Assembly (NCBI RefSeq): GCF_001194135.2
Contig: NC_068983.1
Span: 18,023,363 to 18,063,207 of the forward strand
Length of the DNA: 39,845 nucleotides
Source of the DNA: Octopus bimaculoides
Taxonomy: Eukaryota
Direction of reading: 5' to 3'
The notes under the pieces are model-generated. The model ran no database searches and had not been told where the DNA came from. It worked only from the letters and a program-made list of their open reading frames with translations. Positions 12,176 through 24,266 of this stretch are shown here, in pieces. Each line of letters begins with the position of its first letter. The stretch's first letter is position 1. The position numbers were made by a program, and so were the translations under genes.

Positions 12176-12891
12176 GTTGTTGTTGTTATTATTATGAATT
12201 CACACACAATTCTTTAGAGACATGGGAATTTATAATTACATAGGGAAATACTTGTAAATTACAACGATGTGAGAGAATATAATATTTCAAGTATTCATCA
12301 AGCAATTTTGTTTGTTTGTATGGAACCTGAGTCTTTCTACACAGAACTATATCTCTCTCGCAAACGGTACCAGGGTTTTAAAATCGTTACAAACATCATG
12401 CAAAATGAGGAGACATTTACCTATGCATACCATTCGAAAATATAATTAGAGTAGCATATGTATGCAATGTTAACCACACAATATTAATTTCCGAAAATAT
12501 ATTCCATAAACATCATATCTCGTAATAAAATTTCTGAAGATGCATGCATTCTTTGAAGCAAACGCACTTGAGTGCACGGAAATGCGGAGAGGTGTTCAGA
12601 AATTGAAAATAATTATTTTATGAATTCTAGCATCATTGGAAATATACGTACATCTTCCACGAGTACTTGAATATTTTAATGCAGGTAAAGCGGTTGCAAT
12701 ATGCAATCATGTGCGTGTAATATATTGGAATATTTGAATAATTAGGCATCTATGTGTGTGTGGGCTTATATGTCTGTTCACGTGACTAGGCATGTATTTA
12801 TATATGTGATGTGATGTGTATGTGTTATGATATGCGTATATACATATACACACCATACACACACACCCATTTAAGCATGCACACATATACG

Positions 12892-12936
<45 letters not shown>

Positions 12937-13018
12937 NNNNNNNNNNNNNNNNNNNNNNNNNNNNNNNNNNNNNNNNNNNNNNNNNNNNNNNNNNNNNNNN
13001 NNNNNNNNNNNNNNNNNN

Positions 13019-13087
<69 letters not shown>

Positions 13088-13324
13088 CATACAGATATAT
13101 ATAAATACGTATATATACGTATACATACATTTATATATGCATGTAAGTAATTATATTATTATTATTATTATTATGATTATTATTATTATTATTGCTATTA
13201 TTATCGAATCTTGCAGTATGAATTCACACACAGTTCTTTAGAGATATGGGAATGCATAATTGCATAGGGAAATACTTGTAAATTACAACGATATGAGAGA
13301 ATATAATATTTCAAGTATTCATCA
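12100..13324 (+). repeat. Diverged ~200-bp direct duplication (12100-12300 and 13118-13324)
   Basis: Both copies read cgtataca.acatttatatatgcatgtaagt, then an (ATT)n tract, then a 107-bp core (12194-12300 vs 13218-13324) with 6 mismatches. Confidence 0.9.
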
Positions 13325-13561
13325 AACAAATTTCTTCAAAGTTCCGGAGACACTCGAGGCAATGCCAGTCTTTTTCAAAGGCAATTCTCTAGTCATTATG
13401 GCACCACAATCACGTGATATGGTGGCAGGAATATTTAGCATTTAATTAATTGCCAGGTTTTACTATACAATAAGTATTTGATAGATAACCTCACACAAAA
13501 ATAATTAGGTTTTCCCAAATTAATACAAATAGAGGCATGACAACAGTATCAGAAAATCCGA

Positions 13562-13628
<67 letters not shown>

Positions 13629-14225
13629 TACACAAATTCACGCAGACCCTTCGTATGTGAACATATATAAGTATAGTGGCAATGGAGGCTCTGAGTGTGC
13701 GAAAAATTTACAGGTATAATTATGAATACAACACTTATAAGTTAGATGTATAAATTGTAATAATGATGAGGCTACATTAATTATCTGATACTGAAGCTTC
13801 TAAAGAGATATAATAAAGGAATACCAAGTTCGTGGCCATATATCTCTCTCATTATACGCATACACGCACATACAAACACATAGACATACGCACACACACT
13901 CACACACGCACTTACACACATGCATATATTTGGCATATGAGATTTATATTTCTTAATTACTTTGTGTAATTTCGTTGTACTTTCCATGTTCGGAGTTAGT
14001 TTAATGGAAGTAATACACTTTTATAATTTTATCAGCTTGTGATTATCAAGAAGCACCAGAGTTATTCTGTCAAGTACATTCATGTGATGATAAATCTCAT
14101 ACTTGTTTAAACACGTATAGATATCAGCGTGCATACCTCACTTTGTATACAATGATATACAAAGTTAAATAGTGGCGCGTTAAATCCTTGTTCTGTTTCT
14201 TTGTTCACTCACTTGTAATATAATA

Positions 14226-14410
14226 TGATGGGGTGTTGAAAAGTTACCGGTTTTAAGGGTATCGCGAAAGGCCTTGCGGGACGACCAACCTTCTAAAAAC
14301 TGAAGCACCGCTGCAATAAGTTTGTGAGACTGAGAGAGGTATGTTGAATAAAATCATAATCCTCCAGAAATTTTTTTTAACCAAAGCCAAGAAAATTTTA
14401 GTAACCCCTC

Positions 14411-14411
<1 letters not shown>
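14226..14411 (+). mobile_element. Mariner-derived MITE, copy 2 (internal deletion)
   Basis: Begins TA|tgatggggtgttgaaaagttaccggttttaagggtatcgcgaaagg and ends aaaattttagtaacccctcg; the two ends are imperfect inverted repeats. Confidence 0.75.
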
Positions 14412-14458
<47 letters not shown>

Positions 14459-14504
14459 ATAGATAGATAGATAGAAGAAACGACGAAGAACTGATATTGA
14501 TGCT

Positions 14505-15391
14505 GTGGCTGGTGAGCCGTCGCACCATCCTGCTGAAACCACACACGCATACGTTTTCGTCGTAATTCAGGTGCAATGAAGTTCTTTAACATCTCGATGT
14601 GACGCTCGAAGTTCACAGTAGCAGCATGTCCATTATTGTCTTCAAAAATATAAGGATCACTGACGGCAGCTTTTCGAACAGAACATCAGACCGTCACTTT
14701 TGGGTTGTGCAGTGCTCCTTCGTGCAGTTCTCTCGGATTTTCAAGAGTCCAATAACGACAATTCTGTTGACTCACCATGCCATTGACATGAGAATGAGCT
14801 TCATCTCTTATAAGCAAAATGAGATTGTCATTTACTTCAAAAATTGCTTCAATCTGACGTGCGAAGTTAAACCGATGTTCATAGTCCCATGGTTTCAGTT
14901 GTTGCCCAAATGACTAGTTTGTACGGAGGGAAAAAAAGGTCTTTAGGTAACATTCGCATTACCGATCGATTACCGATGCCAAGTTCAGTGGAATGACTCT
15001 GAGTAGAGCGATTCGAACTCCGTATCAAAGCTTGTCTGACGTGTTCCACATTTTCTGGGGTCCGTACCATCTGTGCCACTCCCCCACGATTGGTCTCCTA
15101 TTCATTAGTGTACCTTGCGTACGAAGTGCATTAACTCAACAGAAGATTGTGTTGCGGGTGGGACAGCTTGATTTCGGTGAAGTGGCACCGAAACTCCAGC
15201 TGGACTGCTGTGACAGACTCGTTATTCTTCACGTAACTGTCGAAGGCAAACTCGCAACGTTTTATCGTCCTCAGTGCCATGGCTTCACTTGAAAAGAAGA
15301 AATGCTAACACACCACGGACCGAACTGGACCTGTCGGACATATGCTACACCCTTTCGGGCTGAGTAATAGCCATTTAAAAAAAACACCATG
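14505..15391 (-). mobile_element. 3'-truncated Tc1/mariner-superfamily element with pseudogenised transposase, maT/DD37D-like
   Basis: From the ATG at 15280 on the minus strand: KNNESVTAVQLEFR, VRTPENVEHVRQA...LGIGNRSVMRML..DL..PYK, RDEAHSHVNGMVSQQNCRYW.LENP, LHNPKVTV*C, PYIFE, WFQQDGATAH. The first two catalytic D motifs are present; the third D and the right TIR are missing. TIR-like gacatggtgttttttttaaa at ~15371-15391. Confidence 0.85.
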
Positions 15392-15432
<41 letters not shown>

Positions 15433-15433
<1 letters not shown>

Positions 15434-15612
15434 CTAATTCAAAGGGTCGGCCTTATCACACTGTTTCACACTGAATATCCCCGAGAACTACATTAAAGGT
15501 ACACGTGTCTGTGGAGTGCTCAGCCACTTGCACGTTAATTTCACGAGCGGGAGGTTCCGTTGATCGGATCAACTGGAACCCTCGACGTCGTAAGCGACGG
15601 AGTGCCAACAAA
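15433..15612 (+). mobile_element. Probable retroposon 3' segment (interspersed repeat)
   Basis: GC-richer block (aagggtcggcctt...gtggagtgctcagccacttgcacgttaatttcacgag...ggatcaactggaaccctcg..gtcgtaa.cgacggagtgcca) following (TATC)n. Recalled as a common octopus repeat; not verified. Confidence 0.4.
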
Positions 15613-16249
15613 TGTAAAATCATTAACCTAATATGTCAGACACATAAATTGTGTACTTTACTATACAAACCTGGCTAAATTTGCTTAACTCGGTTAAATC
15701 ACAGCAATAATATTCTCTCATAGGCAAAAAAAATTGGCTTGCCACACTCTACATCATCCAGATGACTTTAATATATGTGAGACGAAGTCTTCTAATGATG
15801 GCGAAGTTTTCTGATATTGGTTGCACATTCTCTTACAAAGAAATGAATAATAATGACTATTGAGCAGGCTACTTCGCTTTGTTTGTAATGACATCATCTT
15901 ACCGAATTGTCTCATTGCATCTCTGATTGTATATCTTTCCCTTTCACATACGTATGCAATAACTTTGTAACATTGACAGGTGTGCTTATCATAACGCTGT
16001 TTCAGGTCCCAGAATACAATTCAACCATCTTATACCGATCTCTGGGACGTTTCCAGAAATATAGATTAAATTAGTCAACTAGTAGTGGTAGTGTGCAATT
16101 TTGACAGAATGAAAGGGATGGGTTTGATATGGAACATGGATTTATAAAAGACGTCATGGAATTGTAAATTGCATCTAGAGTAATTAGATTCTACTGCGGC
16201 TCGGTTATAAAATTTCGTGAAATGCTATGTAATATCTGGGTTTGACAGA

Positions 16250-16803
16250 GAGACAAACATCCAGATTCCACCCAATCAGTCAGGGGACTTTCCTGGACCA
16301 GTGCAATTGCTCCATGTCAGATGTCCCGTCGAGAAGACAGCATGAACGTCTGGTTCAGTTTATTGTCCCATTGGCTTTCCACCTGCTGGAGTATCTCATC
16401 TACGACATACCATTAATATAGATGATAGCAGATGATTGTTAACTGAATTTGTTGATCCTCACCGTTGACGGTTTGTTGGATCATCCGCTCAGTATCTAGT
16501 GACATTCGCCATTGATTCAACAAAGTTCATTTGCTGAAATACTGCACATCTACGATATTGCATCCAATTATTTCCATGTACCCTGGCTTGGATGCTTACA
16601 TGATGTTTAACCCATTGCTGTCAGATGCTACGACAAAGCGTCAGCTTAGTCCTGTAAACAATAGTAGCTAAGATGCGATTCCACACTCCTCATATTCCTG
16701 GAACTCACGAACCACAAGGAAATCCTGAACTACCGGATGCAGCTTAAAGACGTAGTCACACTCCGGCGTTTTCTCGGCCAGATTATTTTGAGTGCCGTAA
16801 ACA
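16250..16803 (-). mobile_element. Possible ancient RNase H-containing LINE relic, interrupted by MITE copy 3
   Basis: Weak ordered motifs on the minus strand: LHMFT..SK across the MITE junction (cf. YTDGSK), KLHPVVQ, WVKHHVSIQ (cf. WVPSHVGI) and LQQVESQWDNKL. Many stops and deletions. Confidence 0.35.
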
Positions 16804-16805
16804 TA

Positions 16806-17021
16806 CGAGGGGTTAACGTAAAGTTCCTGACTTTAAGAGTATCGCGGAAGGTCTGGGTGGAAGCCCAAACCTCCATGTTTTTATACAGGGCTTAGAAAAT
16901 CCGATGGACCGCTGTCATCTGTGTGTGATTTAAAGACGTAAATTTGTTGAATAAAATCATAAATAACTCATCCTCCTGTGTTTTCTTTTACCTAACGCCA
17001 GGAACTTTTCAGCACCCCTCG
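16806..17021 (+). mobile_element. Mariner-derived MITE, copy 3 (best preserved, TA target-site duplication)
   Basis: TA(16804-05)|cgaggggttaacgtaaagttcctgac ... gccaggaacttttcagcacccctcg|TA(17022-23). TIRs are ~25 bp. An internal FIQGLENPMDRCHLCVI*RRKFVE* resembles the mariner transposase C-terminus. Confidence 0.85.
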
Positions 17022-17514
17022 TATGCAATGTGCTGTGTCAGATCTGTTACATGTGCGAGAGCAGCTACGTGCTGGATGAATTAACATTTGCTTCGAATAC
17101 TTTCTTTGTGCTCGTTGAAAAATGCAGTATTAGATTATAACAGTACCAATCTAATTTTAGTCTAAAATTTCTCTCTCAATAGATTCTTTAACGGTTTCTT
17201 CAGGCGATTCCTTGCATTGTTTTGCAAAGGTGATTATTTACCTTCCCATTTTGCTTATAACATTCCTGCAGCTTTTGTTACCTCAATGGGATATATCGAA
17301 ATGAAGATCCAGGATAATTTTGCAATTAACCAAACGCTTAATACAAACTAATTAAACGTGAAAATGGGCAATTATAGGCAATCTTTTACTGCTTGAGCTG
17401 AAATGAGAGGCAAGTACAACTGGCACACATTTTAATCTTTTCAATTTCTAAAAGATATCGATGGTTACAATGTGTCTATTCTTACAAGTTAATACTGAGA
17501 ACGTTGCAAGTTAC

Positions 17515-17582
<68 letters not shown>

Positions 17583-18116
17583 CCTAGTTTTAGTTTTTTT
17601 CCCTATTTCGGTAGAGATAACTGATTTCTACAGATGCTTTGCTTTAAATGTATTTACTAATCATAGGGGTATTTAAAAGGTTTCAAATAATAGAGTATAC
17701 ATGTTAAGTGTTCTGAGTTCAAAATACTACAAAGTATTTATCGCATTTAATTAACGCATAAGAGAGACACCACAAAAAGCTACAAGGAAATATTGAGAAA
17801 CGAGAAAACGTTAAAAGAAATTGGAAGATGAGTCTTAAAATAAATTCAGTGTTGACAGTTATGATAAAAAAAGTGTAACGCCCGCTTACAACATAAATAA
17901 CAAAAATAAGGAGCGATATGGCGTAAAAAGTTTTAAAATATAAATATTGAAAATATTTCTTAGTTGACTTTAAATTGTAGTCGTTGATTTTAGTAACGCA
18001 ATGTATAATGTTAAAGAAAAGGAAATGATTTGTAGAAAGAAAAATAAAATTTAAAATCAAAATTTAGACTATAATCTAACGGCTAATATATCATTATAAG
18101 TATACACCTATATATA

Positions 18117-19025
18117 NNNNNNNNNNNNNNNNNNNNNNNNNNNNNNNNNNNNNNNNNNNNNNNNNNNNNNNNNNNNNNNNNNNNNNNNNNNNNNNNNNNN
18201 NNNNNNNNNNNNNNNNNNNNNNNNNNNNNNNNNNNNNNNNNNNNNNNNNNNNNNNNNNNNNNNNNNNNNNNNNNNNNNNNNNNNNNNNNNNNNNNNNNNN
18301 NNNNNNNNNNNNNNNNNNNNNNNNNNNNNNNNNNNNNNNNNNNNNNNNNNNNNNNNNNNNNNNNNNNNNNNNNNNNNNNNNNNNNNNNNNNNNNNNNNNN
18401 NNNNNNNNNNNNNNNNNNNNNNNNNNNNNNNNNNNNNNNNNNNNNNNNNNNNNNNNNNNNNNNNNNNNNNNNNNNNNNNNNNNNNNNNNNNNNNNNNNNN
18501 NNNNNNNNNNNNNNNNNNNNNNNNNNNNNNNNNNNNNNNNNNNNNNNNNNNNNNNNNNNNNNNNNNNNNNNNNNNNNNNNNNNNNNNNNNNNNNNNNNNN
18601 NNNNNNNNNNNNNNNNNNNNNNNNNNNNNNNNNNNNNNNNNNNNNNNNNNNNNNNNNNNNNNNNNNNNNNNNNNNNNNNNNNNNNNNNNNNNNNNNNNNN
18701 NNNNNNNNNNNNNNNNNNNNNNNNNNNNNNNNNNNNNNNNNNNNNNNNNNNNNNNNNNNNNNNNNNNNNNNNNNNNNNNNNNNNNNNNNNNNNNNNNNNN
18801 NNNNNNNNNNNNNNNNNNNNNNNNNNNNNNNNNNNNNNNNNNNNNNNNNNNNNNNNNNNNNNNNNNNNNNNNNNNNNNNNNNNNNNNNNNNNNNNNNNNN
18901 NNNNNNNNNNNNNNNNNNNNNNNNNNNNNNNNNNNNNNNNNNNNNNNNNNNNNNNNNNNNNNNNNNNNNNNNNNNNNNNNNNNNNNNNNNNNNNNNNNNN
19001 NNNNNNNNNNNNNNNNNNNNNNNNN
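18117..19025. other. Largest assembly gap; others at 1743-1987, 7322-7448, 8656-8665, 9976-10199, 12014-12067, 12937-13018, 22029-22219, 23451-23658, 25448-25457
   Basis: N runs, mostly flanked by (TA)n or (CA)n, as expected for short-read assembly breaks. Confidence 0.98.
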
Positions 19026-19072
<47 letters not shown>

Positions 19073-21736
19073 AGTATATATGTATATATGTATATACACA
19101 TTTATGTATATATATACGTATAAAGAGAGAGACAGGAAAAGATAGAAAAAGATGGTAAGAACGAAAAAGAAATAAATAAACTGAGAGATTCATATCCAAA
19201 TATGGCTACACACAAATTGTTCTTCAAGTATGAAAAAAACTACGCAACTATTACGACGCACACACATACGCAGTCTCACACACACATAGACACATACATA
19301 CGCACACACATACACATACATACTCATATTAACGCGAAAACACACACCTAAACATACATTCCGCACAAACGCACACTCTCACACAATAAAGTGCTATTGA
19401 AAGTCTATGCAATTTAATATGAAAAAGATCAGAATCGGCAAATATATTAAAATTATTCTTAGTCTATTGTAAAGAATAAACGTAATTTTTTCCCCCAAAT
19501 TAATGTCAGGTAAATTATAACTGATAACGACTTAGACATGATACTGCCGCTTTTATTGTTATGACTAATAATAGATTAATAAAAAGGGCGAGGACGGTAA
19601 ATAGGGCTAGGGCTGATTAGCAAAAACATACGGAGCAGGATTAACGTCGAGTGTGTCAAAGAATATCGTAACAGTAGAAAAAAGTGTAACATTGTAAAAC
19701 AGCACGAGGTTTGCTAAACATATTTGCTACTTACAGCGCCTTATGGGGGAGAAATGCATTTAACGTTCTGTCCAACTGATACAGGAACAGTATTTGTTTT
19801 CTCCTGATATATATTGTGTATCAAGCACGTAATCTTCATAAGAAATATTATATCCGGACGGGTGAAAGAGTAAAGTTGTTTATCGCGATATATCTATAAT
19901 AGAAATATTAGCGATATACTCTGTCCCATATTTTTTCGGATTAGTTTCGTGCTTCTGTGTTCTTTATCTTGTCTGCCAGATTTGCCTGGGAAGTAGACAC
20001 AACAATTACTATTGAATTCCGTTTCTCGATGATCCTTCCCCTATTGAATAAACCACTAGATACGGTTATTATTGTGATATAGATAGCAGAATTAGATATT
20101 GTTACGCATGCTATTAAAAACGTTGCTCTTCGATACGATTTCGCATGTCTTTCATCCCAATGTTGCGTCAGAGAAATTCTGAAACTTCCGTATCAATTTG
20201 CAGAAAGTTGACGGATTAGCTGTAATACACTTACACCAATAGACATAATTCAGATGAATGTAGGACAAGGTTCGTCCTCACGTTGAAGACACCAAAACCT
20301 GAATTTACAAAGAATCCCAAGCTTAAGTTAACGAACATCTTGATGGGTTTAGAAAACGACGAATGAAATATTATGCAATATAAACAGCAAACCGTGCTCC
20401 ACCCCATCGATAGTTCTTAAGAATATAATAAACAATATCAGCACAAGTATTTCTAAGGTCTTTTCTCCATTAAGGTGCATGCTCTTTGAAATATAATTAC
20501 AAAGATACCTAACTCGTCACCTGAACTTAAAAATAGGTCGCGGAGTACATCCTGATTCGCACAACTTTCTACATAGTTCTAAAGACAAATATAGTTAAAA
20601 ATCCTACCATTAATAGAAAAAAATTTCTTTATCCAGAATTGTTTTAGTATTTGTTCGACAGAAACTGCTTAAAAATGAGCAATGGCCGGACTTTAGATAT
20701 GGGAACAAATGGGAACACATCCAAAGAAATCATCTACATCTCATAAAAAAACCTTTTTACGAATGAAGATGTATGTCCATTCAACCAATATATTAGAACT
20801 GCTTCAGTGATATACGGAACCGAAATCAACTCCCACAATAGAATGGAAAAACTGACACCAAAAACAATATGAATAGTTGAAGGAAGTTATAAACAATAGG
20901 ATGATTACACTGCTTCTTTTAGAAACAAAGAACCAAGGATAAAAAGAGTTGAGCAGCATTGTCTGTTACGTTTGTTGGTTACAATTATATAACATAAAAT
21001 ATAGCATGATGTTGAAGAGGCAGGGTAATTTATAGACACCATTTATGTGTGTGACGCTCTCATTTATTTATAACCAACAAAAGATATAATATTGAAGAGA
21101 AAAATCTCAGAAATACCTAAAAGTCTCGTCCAGAATTGTTTGGCAGATATAAGCATTTTTCTATTCAGATATCAATTCCGGCACTTTGTAACACCTAAGG
21201 ATTAGATGCGTGAAGACAGCTGAAACAGACTGTTATGAGTATTTCCATATTAAATACGACAGCTTTTTGACTTATGAGTAGCACGTAAGTAAAATATATA
21301 TGAAATCATTTTTCCTATTTGAAACATTAGACATCACCAGGTCCCCTGGAGATTGTGGCGCTTCAAGTTTCCTTTAGCATTCAACAAGAAATATCTCAGC
21401 TTCCTGCGATTCGAAAGGAAGTAGAGATACTACACACGCATACACAAATAAAAACAACAACAACGATAATGGTTTCAGTTTAGTTTGGTATCAAAGGGTT
21501 CCGTAAAGGAACGACTAGAGCACTAACTGACAAGTAATTGCCAATAAAGTGATGAACTTTTTTGAAATAAATGCACAAAGCAGCGAGTGTATATACGTAT
21601 ACATGCACACATATCTACATACACAAATATATGTATATGTGTGTACATGTGTGTGTATGAGTCAGTGTGCATGTGTGTCACTGTATGATCTTGTATAAGT
21701 ATATGCAGAATGAATATAAAAATGTATATGTAGTAA

Positions 21737-21856
<120 letters not shown>

Positions 21857-22219
21857 AACAAACATATATATGTCTCAACATACGAATACCAACCCTTTTG
21901 AGGCAGTGTATATTTATTTACCTTTTCTGAAATATCTATCAATCTATATATTGATGCTTTATCATTTTTTGATAAATATATATGCAGATGTTGATATCCG
22001 CCCCAACAGACTTACGCATATGTAGAATNNNNNNNNNNNNNNNNNNNNNNNNNNNNNNNNNNNNNNNNNNNNNNNNNNNNNNNNNNNNNNNNNNNNNNNN
22101 NNNNNNNNNNNNNNNNNNNNNNNNNNNNNNNNNNNNNNNNNNNNNNNNNNNNNNNNNNNNNNNNNNNNNNNNNNNNNNNNNNNNNNNNNNNNNNNNNNNN
22201 NNNNNNNNNNNNNNNNNNN

Positions 22220-22251
<32 letters not shown>

Positions 22252-23218
22252 GCTTATATAAAAAAAAGTCTTTGTATATGTATATATGTACGTGACTGTA
22301 TTTCCATTCTTCTCTGTTTTTGTAAATAATGTATTCACTTGCACGCATATGCACTTGAAATACAAATATTGCAATTATATATACATACACAAAGGTGTAT
22401 ATCTACATACAAATACGTATATTTGTGAACAATACAGCGTTTATACACCTATTTACCTCAACGTTTGTGATTCTCGTCTGCATCTATATTCGTCATCCTT
22501 TCATATCTATAAATGGCAGGAAAAGCGTAATATACCGGCAGATAAAAGAACAAATGCAGAGAGAATTTGAGACGAAAAATAAATATCTGAAAATTATCGA
22601 TGTCTTCGTGAAAGTACTCTTCTGTGTATTTACATTTACTTATGCGTGTCTATATGCAGGTTTTTTTTGTAGGTATGCATGTAAATAGCTGTCTGATTTC
22701 TAATCTTTTTCTATATCTGTGTATTTGTGTCGACGTTGAAAGCTATTTCGTTGATATTTTACTTCGTTTTCCGTCTGTTTCTTTTGTAAACAATATTTAT
22801 TTTTTTTACAAGGCATTCTTAACTATTGACATCTTTCATCCGGCAGCCGCTTATTTATTTAACCACACGCGTACATAACATAGGTTTTCAAAAATATGTA
22901 GCAGCGAGTTCACGAAACAAGTTCACTAAATGCACCGCTTCTCACGTGCTGTAATCTCTGAGTTTTAATCCTTGACCATTGTCATGAGGTTTCTCTCCGA
23001 AGTCGCTATATATTTTCACTGTGACGGATGGATTCATTGCTTATTAAGAAGAGCAATACAAATTTGAAATTTTGCATTTAGATATAAATCCCGTAATGTA
23101 TTCAATGGTTATTTTATTGTGTGAGTAGTAAACAACATAAACCGAGTGTATCTATTATTTTGAAAGTATATTTCTTTCATGTAGGATAAATTATGTTAAA
23201 TTGTCCCTTATTGTAAAC

Positions 23219-23250
23219 CTAGCAGAGATACCCGACGTTGCTCGGGATTG
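23219..23250 (-). mobile_element. Possible isolated Helitron 3' terminus
   Basis: Minus strand: hairpin cccga-gcaacg-tcggg, 8 nt, then CTAG. This is Helitron 3'-end geometry, but the next base is G rather than the canonical T and no body is visible. Confidence 0.35.
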
Positions 23251-23414
23251 AAATGGCAAATCGAACCTAGGATTTATTCTTTGTAAGCCTAGTACTTATT
23301 CGATCGGTGTCATTTGCCGAATTGCTCTAGTTACGGGGAGGTAAGCACAGAAACATCTGTTGTCAAAAGTTGGTGGAGGTACAAACAAACACACAGACAA
23401 ACACACACACGCAC

Positions 23415-23450
<36 letters not shown>

Positions 23451-23713
23451 NNNNNNNNNNNNNNNNNNNNNNNNNNNNNNNNNNNNNNNNNNNNNNNNNN
23501 NNNNNNNNNNNNNNNNNNNNNNNNNNNNNNNNNNNNNNNNNNNNNNNNNNNNNNNNNNNNNNNNNNNNNNNNNNNNNNNNNNNNNNNNNNNNNNNNNNNN
23601 NNNNNNNNNNNNNNNNNNNNNNNNNNNNNNNNNNNNNNNNNNNNNNNNNNNNNNNNNNACACACACAAACAAACACAGAGAAATATACACAGTTTCCGTA
23701 TACGAAATGCACT
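23250..23713 (-). mobile_element. SINE with internal (CA/TG)n tract, head removed by the foldback element
   Basis: aggatttattctttgtaagcctagtacttattcgatcggt...ttgccgaattgct..gttacgggga...gttgtcaa, a CA tract with gap, then cagtttccgtatacgaaatgcact. Homologous to 31885-32142 and matches the recalled octopus SINE layout. Confidence 0.7.
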
Positions 23714-23901
23714 GGAAGAGCTGCTAAGCCTAAACGAGGTAGTGGTGGCGAACGCGTAAATCAAGCTTGGACAGGAGACAAGAACACGTCTTACTTGTTC
23801 CAGCTACAACGGAGAGAAAGAAAGAAACACAAGTTAGGAAAAGAAAGAAAGATGGCCGATGATCACTTGGGAACCATGTGAGCAAGGGAGGAGGAGTGAA
23901 T

Positions 23902-23933
<32 letters not shown>

Positions 23934-24266
23934 CCGAGAAATAGGATAGAATCGTGGGAGAATAGGAGAATTCTGAAGTGCACTCAATACGATCTTTTTA
24001 CTCTTTTGTTTTTCTCTCTTTCTCTCTCTTATTATTTTACCTTCTCCCACTATTTTGTCCTATTACACTGTCACTCTCCCTCCCTCACTTCTCCTCCCTT
24101 GCTCACATGGCGCCCACTTGACCATTTGCCATCTTTCTTCTCCTAACCTGTGTTTCTTTCTCTCCATTGTAGCTGGTACAAGGAAGACGTATTCTTGTTT
24201 GTCTCCTGTCCCAGCTTCATTTACGCGTTCACCACCACAACCTAGTTTAGGGTTAGCAGCTCTTCC
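23714..24266. repeat. Long inverted repeat / foldback element, arms ~225-250 bp, spacer ~80 bp
   Basis: 23714-23898 matches the reverse complement of 24086-24266 at roughly 85% by eye (ggaagagctgctaa.cctaaac.agg...catgtgagcaagggagga). An inner block 23940-23962 matches the reverse complement of 24042-24064. Confidence 0.9.

Noticed and set aside
21325-21430. Short GC-richer block as a coding exon on either strand
   Set aside because: Frames are short and unrecognisable, and they do not phase with the other candidate exons into a longer ORF.
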